Made by a program: the position numbers and the translations under genes. Below are positions 42,542-52,076 of a stretch of 64,000 nucleotides of DNA, in pieces. A model generated the notes under the pieces. The model had not been told where the DNA came from and ran no database searches. It saw only the letters and a program-made list of their open reading frames with translations. The DNA is from Verrucomicrobiota bacterium (lineage in GTDB: Bacteria; Verrucomicrobiota; Verrucomicrobiia; Opitutales; Cerasicoccaceae). The stretch is taken from the NCBI GenBank assembly GCA_039818205.1, contig JBCBUK010000007.1:1-64000 (forward strand), read 5' to 3'. Every line of letters starts with the position of its first letter. The first letter of the stretch is position 1.

Positions 42542-42775
42542 ATGAAAACCAAACGCCCATTTCTCGTCCGTCGGTCAACACCGTTTGACACCAGCCGATC
42601 GAGTTTTTTCCGCCACTACATTGCGGAGCGCGAGGCGTTTCGAGCGTTCAAAGCGACCGCTCTCCAGACCTGTGGAGAAGAGGCTGATGATCAACGAGTT
42701 TTGTTTACATGGATCCGTAATCACCAATGGGAATGGGTTGACCAGCACAAAACCATTCGTTGCCCAAGCGACTAA
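42542..42775 (+). CDS. Small hypothetical protein, possibly divergent DUF4032-like
   Basis: 77-aa ORF fills the gap between genes. Pattern SS.FR.Y.AERE....K.............L..WI..H...W resembles small verrucomicrobial DUF4032-like proteins (from memory, unverified). Confidence 0.5.
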   Translation: MKTKRPFLVRRSTPFDTSRSSFFRHYIAEREAFRAFKATALQTCGEEADDQRVLFTWIRNHQWEWVDQHKTIRCPSD

Positions 42776-42801
42776 ATTCCTCGATCGGACCCTGCCGCTG
42801 G

Positions 42802-43341
42802 CTACTCCTCGCAGTCGACTACGATAAACGTGGCATCGTATAGCAAGCGATCCTCATGGTAGAGGCGAAAGCGCCATTCACCGGTTCCCCGCTCGAACTC
42901 TTCGTCGAAAAAATAGTAGTAATCGAAATAACCATATCCTCCTTCGGGATAAATCGGTTGCATGCGGTCGACGCTACTCCGGGTCTCGCCGTTTGGAAGC
43001 GTCATTGGTGGAAAATCGACCACCAAGTGCAATTCCTCAACCCCTCGGGGGACGTTGTCGATACCGAGTTCGATGCCAAGTCCGTGTTTCATGCAATTGG
43101 GAACTACCCAAGTGTTGTGGTCCAAAATGACCCAATCAGATTGCATTACGAGACCGCTAGGCGCGTCAGGGGCAACCTCAGTCTGGCCCTCGCTCGTCCG
43201 CTTGACGTGGCCATAAAAGTAGGGATCGATCTGAAACGGCGGCTCATGGAGCCAACTGGCTAGAATCAGAAGAACCAATCCCGCTGCACTAAAAACTTTC
43301 ATCAAACGCGAGATTGTTACCATGTAAGACGGGTTTTCCAC
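42802..43341 (-). CDS. DUF3859-like exported protein
   Basis: N-terminal hydrophobic helix; YG...P....LGIE....FPPMTLP.G...Y.F....E...GEWRF.LY.....L....F pattern. True start may be 43323 or 43302. Confidence 0.6.
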   Translation of the reverse strand: MENPSYMVTISRLMKVFSAAGLVLLILASWLHEPPFQIDPYFYGHVKRTSEGQTEVAPDAPSGLVMQSDWVILDHNTWVVPNCMKHGLGIELGIDNVPRGVEELHLVVDFPPMTLPNGETRSSVDRMQPIYPEGGYGYFDYYYFFDEEFERGTGEWRFRLYHEDRLLYDATFIVVDCEE

Positions 43342-43384
43342 TAAAATATGCCAATAATGCGACTTTTCGGCCGAAAAATTAGGC

Positions 43385-43414
43385 TTGCGGTTCGGTAAAT
43401 CGCTCAGCTAGCCT
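43385..43414 (+). promoter_or_regulatory. Possible sigma70 promoter for rho
   Basis: TTGCGG-N18-TAGCCT, about 160 nt upstream of the rho ATG. Confidence 0.3.
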
Positions 43415-43573
43415 CATAGTCAACGAATGCTACTGCGGGTAAACCGCACGAGTGCGAAACAGTAAAATACGCCAATACGGCGTTCCTCTCGCACTCATCG
43501 TTATTTCTCCGGTCTACTTTGCCGGTTCTTCCTATTCTCGATGCGGTTATCGCGTGATTGCCGCCTTGTATCT

Positions 43574-44734
43574 ATGAGTGATTCCGAAACCCAGATTTCC
43601 ACAAAAAATGGCCATGCGGACAGCAGCACCATAACGGTTGAAGGCGTATTTGAGCCGGCCAGCAACAAATCCGGCCAGCTCCTTGACCCCGGAAAAAATG
43701 GACGTCCGCGGCGCACTGACCCCTTCGTGCCCCGCGAAATGATTCGCCGCTTCAAGTTAAAGCGCGGCAGCTGGATCACCGCGAGCGCTGAGCACAATGA
43801 CCGTTTTCCCAATCCCAAAGTAAAGTTCATTGAGAAAGTTGACGGACTGACCGTCGACGCCAGAAAACAGTGCTACCCGTTCCAACAGCTGACGACCATT
43901 GCCCCGGATGATCAAATCAAGCTTGAGTGCAAAGACAATCGCCTGACCACCCGCGTAATCGATATGTTTACGCCAATTGGAAAGGGCCAACGGGGTCTGA
44001 TTGTTGCGCCACCGCGCACGGGAAAAACCACACTTCTCAAAGACATTGCTGAGGGCGTTCACGAGAACCACCCAGAGATCCTCGTAATGGTGTTGCTCGT
44101 CGATGAGCGCCCGGAAGAAGTCACCGATTTCAAGCGCGACCTCGATTTTGCCGAGATTTATGCGTCGTCCAATGACGAAGACATTACCAACCACATCCGC
44201 GTGGCAGACATCGCGATTGAGCGCGCAAAGCGCCAGGTCGAAGTTGGCAAAGATGTGATCTTGCTGCTCGATAGCATCACCCGCCTTTCGCGGGCCCACA
44301 ACTCGTCCAAAGGCGGCGGTGGTAGAACAATGACTGGTGGTCTCGACATTCGAGCCCTAGAAAAACCACGGCAGCTGTTTTCCTCCGCACGAAATACTGA
44401 AGAAGGTGGCAGCCTAACGATCATCGCTTCGGCTCTAATCGAAACCGGCTCCCGGATGGACGATCTGATCTTTCAAGAGTTCAAAGGCACCGGAAACATG
44501 GAGATGGTTCTCGATCGCAAAGCCGCTGAACTGCGTCTGTGGCCGGCCATAAACATCAATGCGTCCGGCACCCGAAAAGAGGAACTCCTGCTAGATGCCG
44601 ATACGCTGGACAAGGTTGGCTTTTTCCGTCGTGCGTTGTCACCAATGAAACCATTGGATGCTACCGAGACTTTGATCGAGCGCATGGGCACAACCAGCAG
44701 CAATGCTGAGTTTCTGCGGCTGCTTGATATGTAG
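43574..44734 (+). CDS. rho: Transcription termination factor Rho (short N-terminus)
   Basis: PIGKGQRGLIVAPPRTGKT, LLVDERPEEVTD, LLDSITRLSRA, GGSLTIIASALIETGSRMDDLIFQEFKGTGNME, SGTRKEELL. Confidence 0.96.
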   Translation: MSDSETQISTKNGHADSSTITVEGVFEPASNKSGQLLDPGKNGRPRRTDPFVPREMIRRFKLKRGSWITASAEHNDRFPNPKVKFIEKVDGLTVDARKQCYPFQQLTTIAPDDQIKLECKDNRLTTRVIDMFTPIGKGQRGLIVAPPRTGKTTLLKDIAEGVHENHPEILVMVLLVDERPEEVTDFKRDLDFAEIYASSNDEDITNHIRVADIAIERAKRQVEVGKDVILLLDSITRLSRAHNSSKGGGGRTMTGGLDIRALEKPRQLFSSARNTEEGGSLTIIASALIETGSRMDDLIFQEFKGTGNMEMVLDRKAAELRLWPAININASGTRKEELLLDADTLDKVGFFRRALSPMKPLDATETLIERMGTTSSNAEFLRLLDM

Positions 44735-44758
44735 CCGTCGGCAACGATTGAGCGGCAT

Positions 44759-46243
44759 CTATTTTTTCTCGTTCACCGGGTCGATAGCCGCCAACTCATA
44801 GAATATCTTTGCATCTGGAAGCGACTGCTTGAGTTGCTCAACTCCCTCGGAAGAGATCTGAGTTCCTGACAAGTAGATGGATTGCAAGCCACCCAACCGG
44901 GTAAGCGATTCGATACTCTTGTCCGTCAACTCAGTGTTGTATAAATTGATCGACTGTAGGCTACTCGGCGGAGATTTCCTCAACCAAACGGCACTAGCAT
45001 CATCAATTGCAGTGTTGGAAAGATCCAATCGCTCCAATCGTTTCATGTTCGGGATCAGCTGTCCCAACGCCTCTCCACTGATCTGTGTCTGCGAAAGGTC
45101 GAGATCGACGACGTAGGGCGCAATGACCTCGATCTCCTCCAGTATATCGTCGTTCAAAACGTTCCTTAGGTTGACCGCAGTGAAAGCCAATTCGCGGCCT
45201 TCGGGACCGAAGCGCGAGATGCACTTTCCGTATCGGTCCTCAAACGCAACGATTTGCTCGATGACTTTCGAATCCAAGGGACTTTCCAAGACAACCTCGA
45301 GCTCGGTGCCCGATTGCTCAACAAGCCACTCCACCAAATCCGATGGCAGATTGGCATCGGCAATCCGCATCTCCTGCGATGCTCCGCCTGCAACCCAGGC
45401 ATCGATCACCTGAATTTCCTCCTCGGTCAGCTGCGTTTTACCAACTGGTGGCATGTGGAGATCATCGGATTCCGGCAAGTGGATATAAACCGAAAGCAAG
45501 CTCTCCTCGAGGGACCCGGGAACCAAGGACGTACCCGTGTAGCCACCGGCAATCATACCCTCTAGAGAGTCCAAGACCAACCCACCCTTTTGCTTACCGG
45601 TGCTGGAATGACAATAAACGCACTTGTCTTCGATTATAGGAGCGACCACATCCTGAAACACAAACTGCCGCTGAATCGGAATCTCCTTTACTGGAGCCGC
45701 AGGTTCGATTTTCAACGGCTCCAGTGGGTCTCCGTGCGTGATCAAACCGCCATAGTGCCCGGTGACGACCAACAGTACACCAACACCATACAGCGACGCG
45801 AGGAAGTTAGTCGACTCGAGGCCTTTCGCTACGGCTACCAACGCGATGGCTCCACAACCCAGCGCGAAACCAAGGCCCCACCAAAGGTGGTTGTTCACGA
45901 GCTCTCCCTGGTAGTCGCCCTGCAGGTAGAGCATCAAACCCGCTCCCGCGGCGAGGTAAGCCGTAACAACGCCAAAGGCCAGCATCGGACCGATCCCTTG
46001 GATCCGCCAGGCTGTTCCATTCCAGTCGGAAAGTGCGTTGAGTGTCACCGCGAACAGCAAGTAGATAAATATGCCAATCGGGAGGTGAAGCAGCAAGGGG
46101 TGCATGTTTCCAGCAACCTGAAACAGTGCCGGCAACGATTCAACGGTTTGGTTGGTGGCAAACAAAGCCATCAATACCAAGCCAACCGAACAACATGCGA
46201 CCACTGCCGCCAGGACAGTTAAGTGGAAGGGCCAATGCTTCAT
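44759..46243 (-). CDS. Membrane protein with DUF2231-like region, planctomycete-type cytochrome c domain and leucine-rich repeats
   Basis: HPLLLHLPIG, TGHYGGLITHG, CVYCH heme site, HMPP..K..L...E.......W...GA; C-terminal L..LDLS.T.I LRRs. Confidence 0.88.
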   Translation of the reverse strand: MKHWPFHLTVLAAVVACCSVGLVLMALFATNQTVESLPALFQVAGNMHPLLLHLPIGIFIYLLFAVTLNALSDWNGTAWRIQGIGPMLAFGVVTAYLAAGAGLMLYLQGDYQGELVNNHLWWGLGFALGCGAIALVAVAKGLESTNFLASLYGVGVLLVVTGHYGGLITHGDPLEPLKIEPAAPVKEIPIQRQFVFQDVVAPIIEDKCVYCHSSTGKQKGGLVLDSLEGMIAGGYTGTSLVPGSLEESLLSVYIHLPESDDLHMPPVGKTQLTEEEIQVIDAWVAGGASQEMRIADANLPSDLVEWLVEQSGTELEVVLESPLDSKVIEQIVAFEDRYGKCISRFGPEGRELAFTAVNLRNVLNDDILEEIEVIAPYVVDLDLSQTQISGEALGQLIPNMKRLERLDLSNTAIDDASAVWLRKSPPSSLQSINLYNTELTDKSIESLTRLGGLQSIYLSGTQISSEGVEQLKQSLPDAKIFYELAAIDPVNEKK

Positions 46244-46246
46244 GAT

Positions 46247-47683
46247 CTACGCAAGAATCCCTTTGATAAGATGCCCGTGAACGTCAGTCAACCGGAAGTC
46301 GCGACCTTGAAACCGGTAGGTGAGTCGCTTGTGGTTTACACCCAGCAAATGGAGCATAGTCATGTGCAAGTCGTGGATAGACGTCGGATTCTCTGTCGCC
46401 GCGTAGCCGAGCTCATCAGTTGATCCGTAGACCGTTCCTCCCTTGATTCCACCGCCAGCGAGGAAGATGGAAAAGCCCTTGATGTGGTGATCACGACCAA
46501 TGCCGTGCCCCTGCCCCTGTGCCATCGGTGTCCGGCCAAACTCGCCACCCCAAATAACGAGAGTATCTTCAAGAAGGCCGCGCATCTTGAGATCCTTAAT
46601 CAGTGCCGCAGTCCCTTGGTCCACATGCTTTGCTGCCTTAGGGAAGCTACTGCGCAGATTACTATGATGATCCCAGCCACGATGGTATAGTTGAATAAAG
46701 CGGACACCACGTTCGGCGAGCCGACGGGCCATCAAGCAATTCGAAGCAAAGCTACCATCGCCCGGCCGACAACCATACAAATCAAAGACATGCTCAGGCT
46801 CACCGGTAAAATCGGTCAACTCTGGGACAGCTGACTGCATCCGATAGGCGAGCTCATACTGGGCGATGCGGGCTGCAATTTCCTGATCATGACTCTCCTC
46901 CATTTGCAATTGGTTGAGCTCATTAACCGTGTGGATCAACTGCTGCTGCGCATGGCTATCAACCCCCTTGGGATTCTTGACGTAGTGAACTGGATCGCCC
47001 TTAGACTGAAGCTGAACGCCTTGAAATTTACTCGGCAAGAAACCGTTGTGCCATTGCTTCGATGAGATGGGTTGTCCCTGCCCTCCGCCAACGCTCGTCA
47101 GGACCACATAGCCCGGCAGATTCGCCGACATCGAACCCAAACCATAGAGCGTCCAAGCACCCATACTCGGCCGACCTGGAATGATCGACCCGGTATTAAA
47201 GAATGTGTGAGCTGGGTCATGGTTAATTTGCTCAGTATACATCGAACGCACGACTGCAATATCGTCCGCGACGCTTCCGATATGAGGGAGCATATCGTTT
47301 ACCATCATCCCGCACTCGCCCCGCTGCGAGAAGCCAAAATTTGGCCCCATGACCTTGAGTTCTGAGCCTTGAAGCTGCGCCAATTGTTCGCCCTTGGTAA
47401 AGGATTCTGGCATTGCTTGGCCATCCAGCTTCTCCAGGTCCGGCTTGTAGTCAAAGGTCTCCAAGTGGGATGGTCCTCCCGCCATGCACAGGTGGATAAC
47501 CCGCTTCACCTTTGGGCGAAGATCAGTCCCCTCGCCGAGGGTGCCCTTCCATATCTTGTCACCCGCCTCCGAGGCCAACAGGTCTCCACAAGCTAACGCT
47601 CCCAAACTAGTCAATGAGTGACGGAGGAAAGTACGTCGGTTAATCCGGCTCTTGACCGCTTCAAATAGTTGTTGATCGTCCAT
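46247..47683 (-). CDS. DUF1501 family protein (Tat-exported, alkaline-phosphatase/sulfatase-like fold)
   Basis: Tat motif NRRTFL; KRVIHLCMAGGPSHLETFDYKP; ARRLAERGVRFIQL; GWDHH; WGGEFGRTP; GRDHH; GRDFRLTDVHG. Confidence 0.93.
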   Translation of the reverse strand: MDDQQLFEAVKSRINRRTFLRHSLTSLGALACGDLLASEAGDKIWKGTLGEGTDLRPKVKRVIHLCMAGGPSHLETFDYKPDLEKLDGQAMPESFTKGEQLAQLQGSELKVMGPNFGFSQRGECGMMVNDMLPHIGSVADDIAVVRSMYTEQINHDPAHTFFNTGSIIPGRPSMGAWTLYGLGSMSANLPGYVVLTSVGGGQGQPISSKQWHNGFLPSKFQGVQLQSKGDPVHYVKNPKGVDSHAQQQLIHTVNELNQLQMEESHDQEIAARIAQYELAYRMQSAVPELTDFTGEPEHVFDLYGCRPGDGSFASNCLMARRLAERGVRFIQLYHRGWDHHSNLRSSFPKAAKHVDQGTAALIKDLKMRGLLEDTLVIWGGEFGRTPMAQGQGHGIGRDHHIKGFSIFLAGGGIKGGTVYGSTDELGYAATENPTSIHDLHMTMLHLLGVNHKRLTYRFQGRDFRLTDVHGHLIKGILA

Positions 47684-47689
47684 TGGAAA

Positions 47690-50600
47690 TTAGTAACGGG
47701 TTATGGTTTCGTTCAAATTGAGTACCGCACGGCAGACGCTCATCCAGGCAGCTAGTTCAGTCGCTGGCAGTGACGCATCAATCTGATGCTGACCGATTCC
47801 TAGAAATTCTTTTGCTGCGTTCGGGGCTGCTGAGAATCGTTCTTGTTCAACCAAGAGCAGATCACGCAACAGCGTTTCTTCCTGCTCCGATGGTTCACGG
47901 GCCAGGACTCGAACAAACGCACTATGGATCCGATCTGAGTCTCGATCACTGACTTGGTATACCTGCTCAGCAAGTGCCTTTGCCGCTTCGAGAAAGGTTG
48001 GGTCGTTCAATAGGTTAAGCGCCTGCAATGGCGTATTCGACAAGGGTCGATCAACCGCACATTCATCGCGACCCGGGGCATCAAAGGCTACCAACATCGG
48101 GTGAAGGAAGGTTCGCTGCCAGTGCATATAAACGCCACGCCGATACTGGTTTTCGTTGAGATCGGATTCATAGGTCCGACGCGGGAAATTCAGATGCTCG
48201 TAATAACCCTCCGGTTGATAAGGCTTCACACTAGCGCCTCCAATGCGATCGACCAACAGGCCAGAAGCCGACAAGGCGTTGTCGCGTATAAGCTCGGCGG
48301 GAAGCCGCCGCGGGCTCTGACGGGCGAGCAGACGGTTGTAAGGGTCAAGCTCGAGCAACTCTGGCGAGGCAAGGCTGCTTTGTTGGTAAGCGCGGGAAAG
48401 CACGATGGTGCGAACGATATGTTTCACGTCCCATCCGGACTCAACAAACTCGGACGCCAACCAATCGAGCAGCTCGGGATACACGGGATACTCACCCTGC
48501 AAGCCGAGATCCTCAGGAGCCTTTGAAAGTGCCGTTCCGAAATACTCGCCCCATACGCGATTTACAAAAGCACGCGCGGTCAGAGGATTACCTGGTGAGA
48601 CGATCCACTCGGCGAGGTCTAGTCGGGTAAGCGGTTGGCCCTCACTTGAAGTGCGTTGCTCTGGTAAAAAATGAGGCGTTTCTGGCAAAACAATTTCACC
48701 CGTCTCATCCATCCAGTTTCCGCGATTCAAAACCCTGATCTCCCGCGGCGTCGCACTTATCGTGGCTAGTGTCTTACGACTTCCATTGAGGAATTCGTCC
48801 AGCAAGTCGTACTCGGCACGGAGCCGAACGAGTTCTTCGTTGGAAGAATGCTCAAGCATATAGGCCGTCCTCAACTCTGCCAAAGTGCTCTCGTCGCCTT
48901 CGCCAGCGGTGTATTGATCCAATCGTTCACCGTCTAGTTCACTCAAACGACCAATTGGAACTCTGTTACGCATCGTCAGGAGCTCAATATTCCGGACATG
49001 ATAGGCGTCATCCTCACTGTCCTTGAGCTTTGTACTGACGAATTCTATCGACTGAAGAATTGCCTCTTCGGGTAGATTCAATTCGGAAAATTCGAATCCG
49101 CCATCCAGCCAATGATTCTCGTCTTGAATCTTTGGCTTTCGAATCGTCTCGATGCCTTCGCGCTTGAGCGTGTTGCCCCATACAATAAATTTATCACCGG
49201 TGTCGAAGCCAAGCTGGAATCCCACCTGCGAACCCCAACGAGCGTTGGGTTTTTGCAAGCGAATCTGAAACGTCATGCCATCGACCAGCCCAGCAGGAAT
49301 TTCAAAATCCGTTGCGACCGCCTCCAGTTCATATACCGCTGGTAGGTCCGGTTGCGCATATCCCTTTCGCGCTTTCAGCCAATCTTCAAACTCGGCATCT
49401 GCAACCGTGGAAGCCTCCAAAATCTTTGCTCTCCGCGCGGCCAGCTCAGCTTCGATCTCTTCAACATTCTCTATGAATGTACGATTCGGCACCTCAAACT
49501 TTGGACCATAGTTGCTGCGGTAGGTATCTACGATATGGGCTCCACTGGCTCTTAGATACTCTTCGACATCATTCACCTGATACTGGCCGTTACCATTCCA
49601 TGCGCCTTTCTCCAAGACATCCGCGAAGAACGCAGCAAAGGTATAAAAATCCTTCGCAGTAAATGGATCGTATTTGTGGTCATGACACTCCGCGCACGCC
49701 AACGTCGAACCCAACCAAGCGGTCGAAGTTGTCCGCACCCGTTCCGACTGGTATTTCTTTAGGTATTCCTTATCCTGGATCCCGCCTTCCTCGCTCAGCT
49801 GATTCAGACGACTATAGCTAGCTGCTACTTTCTGCTGCAAAGTTGCGTTTGGCAAAAGATCACCGGCAATCTGTTCGATGGTGAATTGATCGAACGGTTT
49901 ATTCGTATTGAAGGCTTGAATTACATAGTCCCGAAACGGCGTAGCATCCCGGTTTTGGTCGCCGTGATATCCAACCGTATCGGCATACCGAACCGCATCG
50001 AGCCAGCCAATCGCCATTTTCTCGCCATAATGGGGCGACGCTAGCAGCTCATCGACCAAGGCCTCGTAGGCAGTTTCAGATGCGTCTTCCATAAACGCCT
50101 TCGTTTGCTCCGGGGTCGGCGGAAGGCCCGTGATATCCAGGCTGACCCGGCGTAAGAGCGTCGCTTTATCCGCTTCCGGCGAGAAGGCCAACCCACGACG
50201 ATCAAGTCGCTTTTCAATAATCTCATCAATCGATGCTGCGTCGGGGCGCACAACCGGCATATAAGACCAATGCCCTTCATATTCGGCGCCTTCGTCGATC
50301 CATCTTGCAAGCAATTGTTTTTGCTCGTCCGTCAGCTTCCTGTGCGAATCCGGCGGAGGCATCAACATGTCCGCGTCATCGGATAAAATTCGCTGAATCA
50401 TCTCACTGGTTTCCGCACTCCCAGGGACGATTGCGTTCGCTACGATCGCGCTATCGCGGTCGTCCAATCGCAGATCTGCCTTGTTATTTTCGAGGTCAGG
50501 GCCGTGGCAGAAGTAGCAGTTATTCGATAAGATCGGCCGGATATCCCGGTTGAAGCTGATCGGCTCAACGGATGCTACTTTCGGACCGTCCGCAATATCG

Positions 50601-50698
50601 CTACTTTCAGGCTGCTTGGAGCAGCCAGCGATTAGCAAAAAAATCAGAGAGCAAAGGCCTGCAGAAGCCAAAGGGTATGTTAGATGTTTCCATCGCAT
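47690..50698 (-). CDS. PSD1/planctomycete cytochrome c protein (DUF1549 + DUF1553), probable lipoprotein
   Basis: Lipobox LIAGC; FNRDIRPILSNNCYFCHGPD; LLRRVSLDITGLPP; WLDAVRYADT; CAECHDHKYDP; NPLTAR..VNRVW; PELLDWLA; NTPLQALNLLND. Confidence 0.93.
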   Translation of the reverse strand: MRWKHLTYPLASAGLCSLIFLLIAGCSKQPESSDIADGPKVASVEPISFNRDIRPILSNNCYFCHGPDLENNKADLRLDDRDSAIVANAIVPGSAETSEMIQRILSDDADMLMPPPDSHRKLTDEQKQLLARWIDEGAEYEGHWSYMPVVRPDAASIDEIIEKRLDRRGLAFSPEADKATLLRRVSLDITGLPPTPEQTKAFMEDASETAYEALVDELLASPHYGEKMAIGWLDAVRYADTVGYHGDQNRDATPFRDYVIQAFNTNKPFDQFTIEQIAGDLLPNATLQQKVAASYSRLNQLSEEGGIQDKEYLKKYQSERVRTTSTAWLGSTLACAECHDHKYDPFTAKDFYTFAAFFADVLEKGAWNGNGQYQVNDVEEYLRASGAHIVDTYRSNYGPKFEVPNRTFIENVEEIEAELAARRAKILEASTVADAEFEDWLKARKGYAQPDLPAVYELEAVATDFEIPAGLVDGMTFQIRLQKPNARWGSQVGFQLGFDTGDKFIVWGNTLKREGIETIRKPKIQDENHWLDGGFEFSELNLPEEAILQSIEFVSTKLKDSEDDAYHVRNIELLTMRNRVPIGRLSELDGERLDQYTAGEGDESTLAELRTAYMLEHSSNEELVRLRAEYDLLDEFLNGSRKTLATISATPREIRVLNRGNWMDETGEIVLPETPHFLPEQRTSSEGQPLTRLDLAEWIVSPGNPLTARAFVNRVWGEYFGTALSKAPEDLGLQGEYPVYPELLDWLASEFVESGWDVKHIVRTIVLSRAYQQSSLASPELLELDPYNRLLARQSPRRLPAELIRDNALSASGLLVDRIGGASVKPYQPEGYYEHLNFPRRTYESDLNENQYRRGVYMHWQRTFLHPMLVAFDAPGRDECAVDRPLSNTPLQALNLLNDPTFLEAAKALAEQVYQVSDRDSDRIHSAFVRVLAREPSEQEETLLRDLLLVEQERFSAAPNAAKEFLGIGQHQIDASLPATELAAWMSVCRAVLNLNETITRY

Positions 50699-50704
50699 AC
50701 TCTT

Positions 50705-50731
50705 TTATACCAAGCGAATCACTAATATGAC
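50705..50731 (-). promoter_or_regulatory. Putative ECF-sigma promoter for the PSD1 gene
   Basis: Minus strand GTCATA-N15-GTATAA, 6 nt before the ATG; same motif and spacing as upstream of the ECF gene. Confidence 0.55.
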
Positions 50732-50744
50732 TTAAAAAATCAAC

Positions 50745-52064
50745 TTATTCAAAAACCCTGATCTCGTTCAGGCCACCACCACCCGGTGAGGGATGTGGAC
50801 CCTTGCGGCTGAAGTGACTTTTGCCGGTGAACCGGACGTAACGCGCATCAACGGAATCGAACTCGAACGATTCAAAATCAAAAAATTTCTGATCGTGGTA
50901 TTCTATCGGCTGGAGCACACCTTCGAACAACAACTCAAAGTTCTCTCCATCAGTCGAAACCTCAATGATAAAGCGATCTATCCCGCGGTCGTTGAAATGA
51001 CGATTACGCGTGTTCATCAGGTCAATCCGAGAAATTGGGTAGACGCCGAGCAAGTCCAGTGTGAACTGTCCGGCACGGCCATTCGGTGCCAACCAAAATG
51101 ACCAGTTCCAAGGTGAGCCCGTGTCGTAGAACCGATTGTCCGTTAACGCTGATGGCGGAAAGACCTCGCCGTTATCCGGCACATTGTAATAGCTCTCTGC
51201 GTCAACGGGCTTGCCCAAAGCAAGGTTCTCTTTGGAACGCAGCACCTGTGACTCTCCCGAAAGCTCAAAGGTGCCGTTCACTCGAACCTTTTCACCGTTT
51301 AATTCCGGATGCATTGCCTGATGGCTATTGTTCCCGATAATCGCATACGAATCACCATCAGTCAGACTGATGCTCGTGTCTCGATCGTTGTCAAAGACAA
51401 CCTCGCCCTCATAGACTTCGGTCATGACTATTGTGTCTGTAACGCCATTGCCCACCGTAACGCCAAACTTAGTGCCAAGGTCGGTAAAGCGGCCAGCAGG
51501 CGTCAGCACGTGGAATGTTCCCGGCTTCCCCTGATGGTGAACCGTAATGGTCCCCGAGGACATCTCAATGGTTTGGTTGTCTTGAATCTGAAACACCGCA
51601 GGGCCTTCAATGATCACCTGGGTTTTTCCGGGAAAGTCCAGGGCAATGGCACCTTGCATCAAACTCAAGATTCGGGTCGTGGCCGGCTCACCCAGATTCA
51701 ACTCTGCACCCCGCCAATCAGCATCGCGGGCGGCGGTCAGGTGGACCTCGAGCTCAGGATCCCCACGCAAAGCCAATCCAAGCGCCAACAGCAACAATAC
51801 CGAAGCCGCTATCCCAAACCAGGCTCTGATCGGAACTGAACGGATCTTCGACGCTTTACCCTTTTCTAAAAAGTCAATCTGAGCGGACCCCGAGTTTGCG
51901 CGAATTTCTAAACCGTGGTGCACATCGATCAAGAGCTGGAAGCGTGAGCGCAGTTCTGCATCCGTGCCTAATATGTCCTGCAACTCCTGGAACTCTTGAT
52001 CCGTAATGGAGTCGTCCAAATATTTCCAAACGAGTGGATCGATCTTGTCGGATGGTTGTTTCAT
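50745..52064 (-). CDS. FecR-like transmembrane anti-sigma/sensor with C-terminal F5/8 (discoidin) domain
   Basis: N-terminal YLD..I...E..EL anti-sigma helix; single TM; VIIEGPA.F and F.V.TP.G...DLGT.FG FecR motifs; NLALGKPV...ARYVRF...LNEIRVF discoidin. Confidence 0.88.
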   Translation of the reverse strand: MKQPSDKIDPLVWKYLDDSITDQEFQELQDILGTDAELRSRFQLLIDVHHGLEIRANSGSAQIDFLEKGKASKIRSVPIRAWFGIAASVLLLLALGLALRGDPELEVHLTAARDADWRGAELNLGEPATTRILSLMQGAIALDFPGKTQVIIEGPAVFQIQDNQTIEMSSGTITVHHQGKPGTFHVLTPAGRFTDLGTKFGVTVGNGVTDTIVMTEVYEGEVVFDNDRDTSISLTDGDSYAIIGNNSHQAMHPELNGEKVRVNGTFELSGESQVLRSKENLALGKPVDAESYYNVPDNGEVFPPSALTDNRFYDTGSPWNWSFWLAPNGRAGQFTLDLLGVYPISRIDLMNTRNRHFNDRGIDRFIIEVSTDGENFELLFEGVLQPIEYHDQKFFDFESFEFDSVDARYVRFTGKSHFSRKGPHPSPGGGGLNEIRVFE

Positions 52065-52076
52065 TTTCCTGTCCCC

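Noticed and set aside
43434..43496. c-di-GMP-I (GEMM) riboswitch
   Set aside because: GGTAAAC plus a hairpin is superficially similar, but the GNRA loop, GACGCAAA junction and second-stem consensus are missing.
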